Made by a program: the position numbers and the translations under genes. Positions 46,520 through 56,661 of a DNA stretch of 60,655 nucleotides are shown here, in pieces. A model generated the notes under the pieces. The model was not told the origin of the DNA and did not search any database. It saw nothing but the letters and a program-made list of their open reading frames with translations. This DNA is from Myxococcota bacterium (GTDB lineage: Bacteria; Myxococcota_A; Polyangia; Polyangiales; Sandaracinaceae), in NCBI GenBank assembly GCA_036149055.1, contig JAYZQJ010000215.1:1-60655 (forward strand), in the 5' to 3' direction. The first letter of the stretch is position 1; each line of letters begins with the position of its first letter.

Positions 46520-48100
46520 GTGACCGACCGCGCGTCAGACGGGAGCACGATCGCGGAGGCCGCGGACACCGTCCCGATGACGGCGGTCGACGCGCCCTCG
46601 TCGCCGTCTCTCCCCGCGTCGGTCACCCCGAGCCCCGACAGCACCCAGGGCCGCCGCGCGGTGGCCGAGCGGGTCGGCGCGCTGGTCCTCCGGGAGGAGA
46701 ACGAGAAGTTCCGGCGCCGCCTCCTCGCCACGACCCGGGTCGGCATCTGGATCTGGGCCGGCTTCGGGCTGCTCGACGCCTTCGCGGTGCTCCGGGGCGA
46801 GGGCCCGTGGTGGGTGTTCGCCGCCGCCCGGGCCCTCCCGATCGCGATCGGCGTCTTCGCCATCGCCCAGCTCAAGCGGCGACGCGATCTGGGCACCCGG
46901 ACCCTCCGGGGCATCGAGCTGTCGCTCTTCGGGATCGTCGCGATCTGCATCTCGATCCGCCTGTCGCTCCAGGGCGCCTGGATCACGCCCTACACGTCCT
47001 TCCTCACCCTGCTGCTGATGACGCACGGCATGCTCCTCGGCAGCCACTGGCGCCGGTCGCTGGTGCCGGTGCTGGCGATGACGGCGAGCGTGCCGCTCAC
47101 CTTCGGGGTGGCGTCGCTGATCCTCCCCGAGGTCGGCGCGCTGGTGGGCGAGGCCGAGACCTGGTCGATCTTCTTCACCTTCTACGCGCCGGTGGTGGGC
47201 GCGGCGCTGATCTCCCTGGTCGCCGGCCACAGCGTCTACCAGCTGCGCGCGCAGGTCTCCGAGGCGAAGAGCCTCGGCCGGTATCGCCTGCGGCGGCGCA
47301 TCGCGCGCGGCGGCATGGGCGAGATCTGGAAGGCCTTCCACGCCGGGCTCCAGCGCGACGTGGCCGTGAAGCTGATGCAGCCGCGGCTCGGGCAGGACGA
47401 CATCGCGGTGCGCCGCTTCGAGCGCGAAGTGCGCACGCTCGCCGAGCTCACCCACCCGAACATCGTCCGGGTCTTCGACTACGGCGCCACCGACGCGGGC
47501 GTCTGGTACTACGCGATGGAGCTGCTCGAGGCGAAGGACCTCACCGAGGTCATCGCGGCGGAGGGGCCGATGGAGCCGGCGCGCGCGCTGCGGCTCGTCA
47601 CCCAGGCGGCCGAGGCGCTCGGCGAGGCCCACGCCCGCGGCATCGTGCACCGCGACGTGAAACCCTCGAACCTCCTGCTCGTGCGATCCGGCGCGAGTCG
47701 TGAGTTCGTGAAGCTGATCGACTTCGGCATCGCGGCGGAGTCGGGCGCCGACCTCACGCTCACCGCCACCGGGATGATCGTCGGCACCCCCGGCTACATC
47801 GCCCCCGAGGTCATCACCGGCGGCGAGGCCAGCCCGGCCGCCGACGTCTACGCGCTCGGCATGGTGCTCTACGTGATGCTGACCGGGACCGAGCCGTTCG
47901 ACGGCGGCACGCCCAACGAGATCATCCGGGCCGCGCTCGCGGCGCCCCCCGGTCCGCCCTCGGCCGCGCGCCCTGGCATCACGGAGTCGGTCGACCGGCT
48001 GGTCATGCGCTGCCTGGCGCGCGACCCGGCCGCGCGCTTCGCCGACGGCGAGGAGCTCGCGACCGGTCTCCGCCGCGTCCGGGCGTCGCTCGGTCGTTGA
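46520..48100 (+). CDS. Membrane-anchored Ser/Thr protein kinase
   Basis: Several N-terminal TM helices, then GGMGEIW, VAVK, HRDVKPSN, DFG and GTPGYIAPE. Confidence 0.95.
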   Translation: MTDRASDGSTIAEAADTVPMTAVDAPSSPSLPASVTPSPDSTQGRRAVAERVGALVLREENEKFRRRLLATTRVGIWIWAGFGLLDAFAVLRGEGPWWVFAAARALPIAIGVFAIAQLKRRRDLGTRTLRGIELSLFGIVAICISIRLSLQGAWITPYTSFLTLLLMTHGMLLGSHWRRSLVPVLAMTASVPLTFGVASLILPEVGALVGEAETWSIFFTFYAPVVGAALISLVAGHSVYQLRAQVSEAKSLGRYRLRRRIARGGMGEIWKAFHAGLQRDVAVKLMQPRLGQDDIAVRRFEREVRTLAELTHPNIVRVFDYGATDAGVWYYAMELLEAKDLTEVIAAEGPMEPARALRLVTQAAEALGEAHARGIVHRDVKPSNLLLVRSGASREFVKLIDFGIAAESGADLTLTATGMIVGTPGYIAPEVITGGEASPAADVYALGMVLYVMLTGTEPFDGGTPNEIIRAALAAPPGPPSAARPGITESVDRLVMRCLARDPAARFADGEELATGLRRVRASLGR

Positions 48101-48152
48101 CGCAGGCGCCCCGCGCCGTATCCTGAATCGCCATTCATCTTCGGGAGGCCGC

Positions 48153-49292
<1,140 letters not shown>

Positions 49293-49370
49293 CTCTCCGC
49301 TCCCGCCCCTCGTTCGCCAGTCGCCCACTGTTCGCTAGTCGCGCAGTCTGATAGCTTCGCCGGCCATCCC

Positions 49371-50366
49371 ATGGTCGTCGTCGAACGCTCCTCCGCCGGC
49401 TGGGTCCGGAACCTCTTCCGCTACAAGGGCACCGCGCTCCGGCGAATCTGGAAGCGCCTGCTCTTCACGGTCGCGGTCTCGGCCATCATCACGTTCATCG
49501 ATCTCGGCCCGCCGGTCCCGATCCCGGGCACCGACTGGGTGCTCCACTACCAGTTCCACGACGACCTGACGCCGCTGCCGTTCTCGCTCATCGGCGTGGC
49601 GCTCGGCATCTTCCTCGGCTTCCGGAACAACACCAGCTACGACCGCTTCTGGGAGGGCCGCAAGCTCTGGGGCCGCATGGTCAACACGAGCCGCAGCGTC
49701 ACCCGGCAGATCCTGACCCTGGTCGGGCCCCAGCCGGGGAAGGAGCTCGAGGGCGAGGAGCGCGAGGCGCTCGAGACCTTTCACCGCGAGATGGTGCGCC
49801 GCGTCGCCGCCTACGTGCACTGCTTCCGCCACCACCTGCGCGACGAGAAGGATCTGAGCGAGCTCGAGCGGCTGATCCCGGCGGACGAGGTCGCGGCGCT
49901 GAAGGGCGAGAGCAACCGCCCCGTCGCGATGCTGCAGACCCTGGGCGACGCGTTTCGGGACGCCTGGCGGCGCGGCTGGGTGCATCCGCAGCACCTGCCG
50001 ATCCTCGAGGGCAGCCTCACCGACATGACCGACATCCAGGGCGGCTGCGAGCGCATCAAGAGCACGCCCATTCCGTTCAGCTACACGGCGCTCATCCACC
50101 GCATCGTGGCCATCTACTGCTACGCGCTGCCCTTCGGCATCCTCAACGCGACGCAGGAGTTCACGCCCATCGTGGTGATGCTGATCGCCTACGCCTTCTT
50201 CGGCCTCGACGCGGTCGGCGACGAGATCGAGGATCCGTTCGGCACGGACGCCAACGATCTCCCGCTGACGAAGATCAGCACGATGATCGAGGTCAACATC
50301 CGCCAGCGCATCGGCGACACGGATCTCCCCGAGATTCCGAAGCCGGTCAACGAGCTGCTGCAGTAG
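49371..50366 (+). CDS. Bestrophin family ion channel
   Basis: FLGFRNNTSYDRFWEGRKLWG, GGCERIKSTP, EIEDPFGTDANDLP. Confidence 0.95.
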   Translation: MVVVERSSAGWVRNLFRYKGTALRRIWKRLLFTVAVSAIITFIDLGPPVPIPGTDWVLHYQFHDDLTPLPFSLIGVALGIFLGFRNNTSYDRFWEGRKLWGRMVNTSRSVTRQILTLVGPQPGKELEGEEREALETFHREMVRRVAAYVHCFRHHLRDEKDLSELERLIPADEVAALKGESNRPVAMLQTLGDAFRDAWRRGWVHPQHLPILEGSLTDMTDIQGGCERIKSTPIPFSYTALIHRIVAIYCYALPFGILNATQEFTPIVVMLIAYAFFGLDAVGDEIEDPFGTDANDLPLTKISTMIEVNIRQRIGDTDLPEIPKPVNELLQ

Positions 50367-50386
50367 TATTCGCACGGGAGGTTCCC

Positions 50387-52174
50387 ATGCGAGCTCGAAC
50401 CTGGTTCATGGTCGTCCTGCTCGCCGCGACCGGATCGGCGTGTGGCGGTGACAGCGACACGGATGCGGGCGGCACGGACGCCGCGACGGACGCGCCGCTC
50501 ACAACTCTGTGCGAGCGTGACGAAGACTGCGGGGACCCCGCGCTGTTCTGCGCCCGAGTTCGCTGCGCCCCGGGAGACCCCACCGCCGACCCGAGCGGCT
50601 GCGTCGACCTCGGCTCTCCGTGCGCGGCCGGACAGGCGTGCGACGAGACGCTGGACACCTGCGGCGTGCCTTCGTGGTGCTTCGATGGTCGAGCTGGGTG
50701 CGTCCGCCCGGGAGATTGCGATGGCGATGGCGCGGATGCGTTGGAGTGTGGAGGAGCCGACTGCGACGACGAGGATCCCACTCGCTTCCCCGGGAATGCG
50801 GAGGTCTGTGACTCGGCTGGCGTCGACGAGGACTGCGATGAAGCCACTCTGGCAGGGGACGAGGACGGTGATCGCGACGGGGACGGCTTCGTATCCGCGG
50901 ACTGCTGCAACGGCAGCTCATGTGGAGACGACTGCGACGACAGCCGGGAGCTCGTGAGGCCGGGAGCGGACGAGGTCTGCAATGCCCGCGATGACGACTG
51001 CAACGGAGACGTCGACGAACCCGGCTCCTTCTGCCCGGTAGGGATGTGCCTGAGCAGCCGGTGCCGTGCCGTGCCGTGGGAGCGCGTCTTCGGCGCTGCC
51101 GATGATGACGCCGTCTGGGGCCTGGCGGTCGATGACGACGGCGCCGTCTACCTGGGCGTCACCATCGATTATGGGAACGACATCGACGGGGACGGAGTCG
51201 AGGACCCCGCAGGGCCCACCCTCATCGCGATCGAGGCCACCGGGCGCGTCCGCTTCGTCGAGCCCTTGCCAGCCCGTGGCGTCGGTCTCAGCGACACGCC
51301 CAGCGCCGATACCATCGTCGTGGCTACGGCCGATGAGCTGCGGCTCTACGGACGCGCGGATGGGACGCTCCGGTCCGCCCTTCCAGTGTCCGTCGCGGGG
51401 GCCTCAATCAGTCACGTTCGCGCTGTCGGTGCACTCACTCGCGGCGTTGTCGTTGTCTCGGAGTACCGAGACGGGAGTGGTTCGTGGAAGCTCGAGGTGG
51501 CGGTCACCGATCGAGGTCTGTCGCGACTCGAGCAGCGGTCCCGCTTCGAAGGCGCGGACGGGGTGAACGAGTTCGTAGACTTGGCCGCGCAGGGCTCCTT
51601 CATCGCCTTCGCGGCGCGGACCGATACCGGCTACGAGATCGGGGGCGCGACGGTCAGCAGCCTCTACGTGGCGCTACTCGACGAGACCCTGGTGCCACTA
51701 CGCGCCGTCGAGACGATAGTCGACGCGGTGGCGGTGTCGTACGAAGGAGAGCTGGCGACCGTAGGCGGCGACGAGATCCGGGTCTTCGATGCTGACGGAC
51801 GGCTTCGTTACCGTCGGGGCTACGGAGGCGCGACGGTCCGCCAGACCGGCGTCGCCTTCGATGGTCGCGGCGGTTTGTTCGAGTCGGGGAGCTTTCTCGG
51901 CAGCCTGCCTGTGCCGCCGAGGGGCGTGCTCGGGCCCTCGGATGGCGTCGATGCCTACGCGCTTCACTCCGACATCTCCAGCGACTTCATCTTGTGGGCC
52001 ATGGATGTATCGGGACCGGGTATAGAGGGCATCAACCACATGGTGGCTGATGAGTTCGGGGCGATGCTGGTGGTTGGGCAATTCGGCCGGGCCGGGGTCA
52101 CTCTCCCCAGCGGAAGTACCCATCCCGGACCGTCACGGAACAACGTGTTCGTCTTCCGCCAGGCGAGCTTCTAG
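50387..52174 (+). CDS. Cys/Asp-rich lipoprotein with putative metal-binding (MopE-like) repeats and a propeller-like C-terminus
   Basis: GSAC lipobox; DCDD.DP..FPG.AEVCD...DEDCD repeats. Confidence 0.8.
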   Translation: MRARTWFMVVLLAATGSACGGDSDTDAGGTDAATDAPLTTLCERDEDCGDPALFCARVRCAPGDPTADPSGCVDLGSPCAAGQACDETLDTCGVPSWCFDGRAGCVRPGDCDGDGADALECGGADCDDEDPTRFPGNAEVCDSAGVDEDCDEATLAGDEDGDRDGDGFVSADCCNGSSCGDDCDDSRELVRPGADEVCNARDDDCNGDVDEPGSFCPVGMCLSSRCRAVPWERVFGAADDDAVWGLAVDDDGAVYLGVTIDYGNDIDGDGVEDPAGPTLIAIEATGRVRFVEPLPARGVGLSDTPSADTIVVATADELRLYGRADGTLRSALPVSVAGASISHVRAVGALTRGVVVVSEYRDGSGSWKLEVAVTDRGLSRLEQRSRFEGADGVNEFVDLAAQGSFIAFAARTDTGYEIGGATVSSLYVALLDETLVPLRAVETIVDAVAVSYEGELATVGGDEIRVFDADGRLRYRRGYGGATVRQTGVAFDGRGGLFESGSFLGSLPVPPRGVLGPSDGVDAYALHSDISSDFILWAMDVSGPGIEGINHMVADEFGAMLVVGQFGRAGVTLPSGSTHPGPSRNNVFVFRQASF

Positions 52175-52201
52175 CTCTGGAACTCAGGATCAGGAACCCC
52201 C

Positions 52202-53737
52202 GTGCGCACGACAAATCTGTTGAGTTTCTTCTGCGTATTGCTCTTTCCGACCGTTGCAGGAGCACAGACCCGCCTGGGGCCGTCGGACGACGTGCTGTCG
52301 GCACTGCGATCACTTTCTCCGGGGGACGAGGTGATCCTGGAGGACGGGATGTACAGCCTCGGTCCGAAGTTCGAGTTCACGGCCAGGGGAACGGCGGCCG
52401 AGCCCATCGTGATCCGCGCAGCCGACGGAGCGCGTCCCCACTTCCACCGACCTAACGCATCGCAGAACATCTGGGACATCCGGGTCGAGCACGTGGTGAT
52501 CCGGGGCCTTGCCTTCAGCGGCGGCTCCGCCGGGGTTCGTGTCCAGGAGGCGAGCGACTTCGTGTTCGAGGGCAACGAGATCTTCGACACCGCGGACGTT
52601 GCGCTCCGCATGAACGACACGACCGGCTCCCAGACCTACGCACGCATCCAGATCCTGCGGAACCACATCCACGACACGGGAGGCACGGGGGAGGGCATGT
52701 ACCTCGGGTGCAACGAGGACGGCTGCCGCCTCGCCGACAGCGTGATCGCGGGCAACTACGTGCACCACACGAACGCCGGCGACGTCCGGCAGGGAGACGG
52801 GATCGAGCTCAAGGAGGGCTCGTACGGCTGCGTGATCGCGGACAACGTGATCCACGACACCAACTACCCGTGCATTCTCGGCTACGGCACGGTGGGCAAC
52901 GGCGCCCCGAACGTGGTCGAGCGCAACGTGATGTGGAACTGCGGCGACCACGGCATCCAGTGGGCCGCCGACGCGCGCATCCGGAACAACATCGTGCTGA
53001 GCGCGGGCAACAGCGGCATCGGCAGCCAGCCGCATCAGAACGCGTCGCCGAGCGATCTCGAGATCGTGCACAACACGATCGTGCTGCCCAGCGGGCCGGC
53101 GCTCAGCGTCCGGAATCCGTCGGGCAGCGTGCTGGTGGCGAACAACGCGCTCTACGCGATGAGCGGCGCCGCCATCCTGGTCCGCGGTGACGCGGGCCGG
53201 ATCACCTTCGCGGGCAACGTCGGCCGCGGCGCGCTCGACGGCTTCAGCACCGGCGGCTTCACGATGGGCGACCTCGCCGCCGACTTCGCGGGCGCGTCGT
53301 ACTCGGGCGGCGTGCCCAACGACGTGTTCCCGGCCGCCGGCGGCGCGCTGGTGATGGGCGGCGACGCGACCCACGCGGTCATGGGCGACTTCAACGGGAC
53401 CGCCCGGGGCGGCGTGGCCGACGTGGGCGCGTACGCCTTCGGCGAAGGGACGAACCCGGGCTGGACCCTCGCCGAGGAGCCCAAGCCCGAGGGCATGGCG
53501 CCCACCCCGACGCCCGACGGCGGGGTGCCGATGACCGACGGCGGGACCATCCGCGGCGACGACGCGGCGACCCCCGGCCGCGACGGCGGGACGAGCCCTG
53601 GCGCCGACGCCGGACCCGGCTCCGAGATCGAGGGCGACTGCGGCTGCCGGGCCACCGGCCGCGGCAGCTCCTCCGGCTGGCTGCTCGCCGTCGCGCTCCT
53701 GCTCGGCCTGCTGCGACGCCGCCGCCGCCGCCGCTGA
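52202..53737 (+). CDS. Right-handed beta-helix surface protein with MYXO-CTERM
   Basis: PGDEVILEDG.Y, N.IHDT repeats, DVGAY, GDCGCRA-TM-RRRRRR. Confidence 0.88.
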   Translation: MRTTNLLSFFCVLLFPTVAGAQTRLGPSDDVLSALRSLSPGDEVILEDGMYSLGPKFEFTARGTAAEPIVIRAADGARPHFHRPNASQNIWDIRVEHVVIRGLAFSGGSAGVRVQEASDFVFEGNEIFDTADVALRMNDTTGSQTYARIQILRNHIHDTGGTGEGMYLGCNEDGCRLADSVIAGNYVHHTNAGDVRQGDGIELKEGSYGCVIADNVIHDTNYPCILGYGTVGNGAPNVVERNVMWNCGDHGIQWAADARIRNNIVLSAGNSGIGSQPHQNASPSDLEIVHNTIVLPSGPALSVRNPSGSVLVANNALYAMSGAAILVRGDAGRITFAGNVGRGALDGFSTGGFTMGDLAADFAGASYSGGVPNDVFPAAGGALVMGGDATHAVMGDFNGTARGGVADVGAYAFGEGTNPGWTLAEEPKPEGMAPTPTPDGGVPMTDGGTIRGDDAATPGRDGGTSPGADAGPGSEIEGDCGCRATGRGSSSGWLLAVALLLGLLRRRRRRR

Positions 53738-53884
53738 CCGCACCCGAAGCCAATGACGATATGACGACGAGCGTCCCCGAGCGCTCTCCCCGAGCGCTCG
53801 GGCCGGTCGCGACTGCGGTCGCGACTTCCTCCCCTCTCCTGTCTCCTCGCCTCCCCCTCTACCGGCCGCGGGCGCAAGGGGGAT

Positions 53885-55162
53885 CTACACGGTCTTGACG
53901 ACGTGGTAGCTCTTCTTGCCCGTGCGCAGGACGATCATGGTCTCGGTGCCGAGGTCGGCCGCGGTCAGGGCGCGCTCGGGCTCGGTGACGCGCTCGTTGT
54001 TCACGTAGACGCCGCCCTGCTGGGCGAGGCGGCGGGCCGCGCCCTTGGACTTCTGGAGGCCGGTGCGGACCAGCAGGTCGAGCAGCGGGACGCCCGCCTC
54101 GAGCTCGGCCTTCGGCAGCTCGCTCGACGGCACGTCGGCGAGGAGCGGAGTGAGGTCGGCGTCGCTCAGTGATTCGAGGCTGCCGCCGAACATCACCTGG
54201 CTCGCCGCGACCGCGCGGCGGAGGGCGTCGTCGCCGTGGATCCAGCGGGTCATGTCCTCGGCGAGCGTCTTCTGGGCGGCGCGCTTGCCGGGGGCCTCGG
54301 CGTGGGCGGCCAGGATCTCCTCGATCTCGGGCAGCTCCCGCCACGAGAAGATGCGGAGGAGCTTGGGCGCGTCCACGTCGTCGAGGTTCAGGAAGTACTG
54401 GTAGAAGGCGTACGGGCTCGTGCGCTCGGGGTCGAGCCAGACGCGCAGCCCGGTCGACGTCTTGCCCATCTTCTGGCCGCTCGCGTCGAGCAGCAGCGGC
54501 GCGACGAGGCCGAAGAGCTGGGGCGCGCCCATCTTGCGGCCGAGCTCGGTGCCGGAGGTGATGTTGCCCCACTGATCGGAGCCGCCCACCTGCAGCCGGC
54601 AGCCGTGCTCCCGGCAGAGGTGCACGAAGTCGTAGGCCTGGAGGAGCTGGTAGGTGAACTCGGTGTAGCTGATGCCTCGCTCGGCGGCCTCGAGCCGGGT
54701 CCGCACCGAGTCCTTGGCCATCATCGTGTTGACCGTGAGGTGCTTGCCGACGTCGCGGAGGAACTCGAGGAAGCCCATGCCGCCGAGCCAGTCGTGGTTG
54801 TTCACCACCCGCGCCGCCTGCGGACCGTCGAAGTCGAGGAGCCGCTCGAGCTGCGCGCGCTGCCCGGCCAGGTTGGCGGCGAGCGTCGCCTCGTCGAGGA
54901 GGTTTCGCTCCTCGCTCTTCCCGGACGGATCGCCGATCATGCCGGTGGCGCCGCCGACGAGCGCGATCGGGGCGTGACCCGCCCTCTGAAGGCGGGCGAG
55001 CAGGATGACGGGGACGAGGTTGCCGAGGTGAAGGCTGGACGCGGTGGGATCGAAGCCGGCGTAGAAGCGCACGGGGCCCTGGGAGAGAAGCTCCTTCAGC
55101 GCCTCCTCGTGCGTCACGTCGTGCACGAGGCCGCGCGCCCTCAGCTCGTCGAGGATGTGCAT
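53885..55162 (-). CDS. tyrS: Tyrosyl-tRNA synthetase
   Basis: YAGFDPTASSLHLGN, QVGGSDQWGN, KMGKT and C-terminal S4 domain. Confidence 0.98.
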   Translation of the reverse strand: MHILDELRARGLVHDVTHEEALKELLSQGPVRFYAGFDPTASSLHLGNLVPVILLARLQRAGHAPIALVGGATGMIGDPSGKSEERNLLDEATLAANLAGQRAQLERLLDFDGPQAARVVNNHDWLGGMGFLEFLRDVGKHLTVNTMMAKDSVRTRLEAAERGISYTEFTYQLLQAYDFVHLCREHGCRLQVGGSDQWGNITSGTELGRKMGAPQLFGLVAPLLLDASGQKMGKTSTGLRVWLDPERTSPYAFYQYFLNLDDVDAPKLLRIFSWRELPEIEEILAAHAEAPGKRAAQKTLAEDMTRWIHGDDALRRAVAASQVMFGGSLESLSDADLTPLLADVPSSELPKAELEAGVPLLDLLVRTGLQKSKGAARRLAQQGGVYVNNERVTEPERALTAADLGTETMIVLRTGKKSYHVVKTV

Positions 55163-55174
55163 GGCCCGCGGAGC

Positions 55175-56122
55175 TTGCCGGTCCGCGCCGGGGTGTCAAC
55201 CGTCGTCGTCGCGTTGCTCACCGCCTGCGGGGATCCCCCGCCCGCGCCGCCGCGGCCCGAGCCGCCTCGCCCGGCCACCTATGAGGGCTGCGATCGCGAG
55301 CGCCTGCAGGAGGTGCTCGAGGGGCTCGGCGCCGGTCGCGTGCGCCACGGGCGCTTCCGCGGGGAGGTGCCGGTGGGCGAGCCGACGACGACCGCGCTGC
55401 GGCGTTGCGAGCTGGGCGAGCGCCTCGAGACCTGCGAGGCCCGGTACGGCTCGGGCGAAGGTCACGTCCGCGTCGACGCCCGGACCGAGGTGCGCTTCTC
55501 GTTCGAGCGGCAGGAGGCGCGGACCGAGCTCGGGCGGCGGCTCGAGGCCCTCTCGGAGGACGATCCGACCCTCGAGCTCGGCCGACGGACCCGGCGGCGG
55601 GTGCTCACCGACGCGCGCGTCTGCGTCCGGCGCTGGGCGACGACCCGCGTCCGGGTGCCCGAGGCGACCGCGCCCGACCTGACCGTCGCCCATCAGCTCG
55701 GCCACGCCGGCGACGACCTCGATCTCGTCTGGGACGCGGCCCCGCGCGGCGGGCTCCGGGTCCGCTGCCGCGCGCGCGACGAGATCCGCCCGGGCCCGCT
55801 CGAGGGACCGTGCGCGGTGATCGCGGCCGGGGCCGACGCGCCGGGCTGCGAGTCCGGGGTCGCCCCCTCGGTGCGCCTCGTCGGGGGACGCGTCTACGGC
55901 GTCTCCCCGGACGGGGTGCTCGGCGGCCGCGTCGGGCTCGAGAACGGCGACCAACTCCGCGCGGCCTGCGGTCGCCCGGTCGTCGACCTCGCCGGGCTCG
56001 ACGCGATCGTGCGCGCCGGCCGCTGCCCGCTGCGCGTCTCCCGCGACGGCGCCGAGGTGCGGATCTCCCTCGACGAGGCTTGCGGCGCGCGCGCCGAGCC
56101 GCCACATGAAAGCTCACCATGA
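55175..56122 (+). CDS. Hypothetical lipoprotein with C-terminal PDZ-like domain (start uncertain)
   Basis: LLTAC lipobox; GVSPDG...GLENGDQLRA..G.PV...VSRDG. 4-bp overlap with the next gene. Confidence 0.55.
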   Translation: MPVRAGVSTVVVALLTACGDPPPAPPRPEPPRPATYEGCDRERLQEVLEGLGAGRVRHGRFRGEVPVGEPTTTALRRCELGERLETCEARYGSGEGHVRVDARTEVRFSFERQEARTELGRRLEALSEDDPTLELGRRTRRRVLTDARVCVRRWATTRVRVPEATAPDLTVAHQLGHAGDDLDLVWDAAPRGGLRVRCRARDEIRPGPLEGPCAVIAAGADAPGCESGVAPSVRLVGGRVYGVSPDGVLGGRVGLENGDQLRAACGRPVVDLAGLDAIVRAGRCPLRVSRDGAEVRISLDEACGARAEPPHESSP

Positions 56123-56652
56123 ACCGCCTGCTGACCCTCGCCGCGATCTTCGCCCTGTGCGGCTGCCAGCCCACGCCCACGCCCACGGCGGCGCCGGAGG
56201 CGGAGGAGCCGACCGAGCCCGAGGTCGAGCCGCCCGAGGTCGCGCCGGCGGTCGGGCCGAGCCGGAACCGCACCGTCTACGTGCCTGCCTACTCGTCCAT
56301 CGGCGCGCCGGATGGCCGGCCCACCCTGCTCGAGATCACGCTGAGCGTGCGCAACATCGATCCGACGTCGACGATCACGCTGACCCACGTCGACTACTTC
56401 GACACCTCCGGCCACCGCGTCCGCCGCTACCTCCGCGCGCCGCGCACCCTCGCGCCGCTGGAGACGGCCGAGTTCTTCGTCGCGGCGATGGACGAGGCCG
56501 GCGGCTCCGGCGCCAACTTCCTCGTCTACTGGGAGGGCCCCGCCGACGCCCATCCCCTGCTCACCGAGACGGTGATGGTCGGCCACGCCGGCGGCGGCCA
56601 CTACTCGTTCACCTCCCGAGGCGTCGAGCTGGAGCGCCCGCCGGAGCTGTGA
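56119..56652 (+). CDS. DUF3124 lipoprotein
   Basis: LCGC lipobox; TVYVPAYS.I, TLSVRN.D, DYFDT.G, GGSGANFLV.W. Confidence 0.88.
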   Translation: MNRLLTLAAIFALCGCQPTPTPTAAPEAEEPTEPEVEPPEVAPAVGPSRNRTVYVPAYSSIGAPDGRPTLLEITLSVRNIDPTSTITLTHVDYFDTSGHRVRRYLRAPRTLAPLETAEFFVAAMDEAGGSGANFLVYWEGPADAHPLLTETVMVGHAGGGHYSFTSRGVELERPPEL

Positions 56653-56661
56653 GAGCGACCG

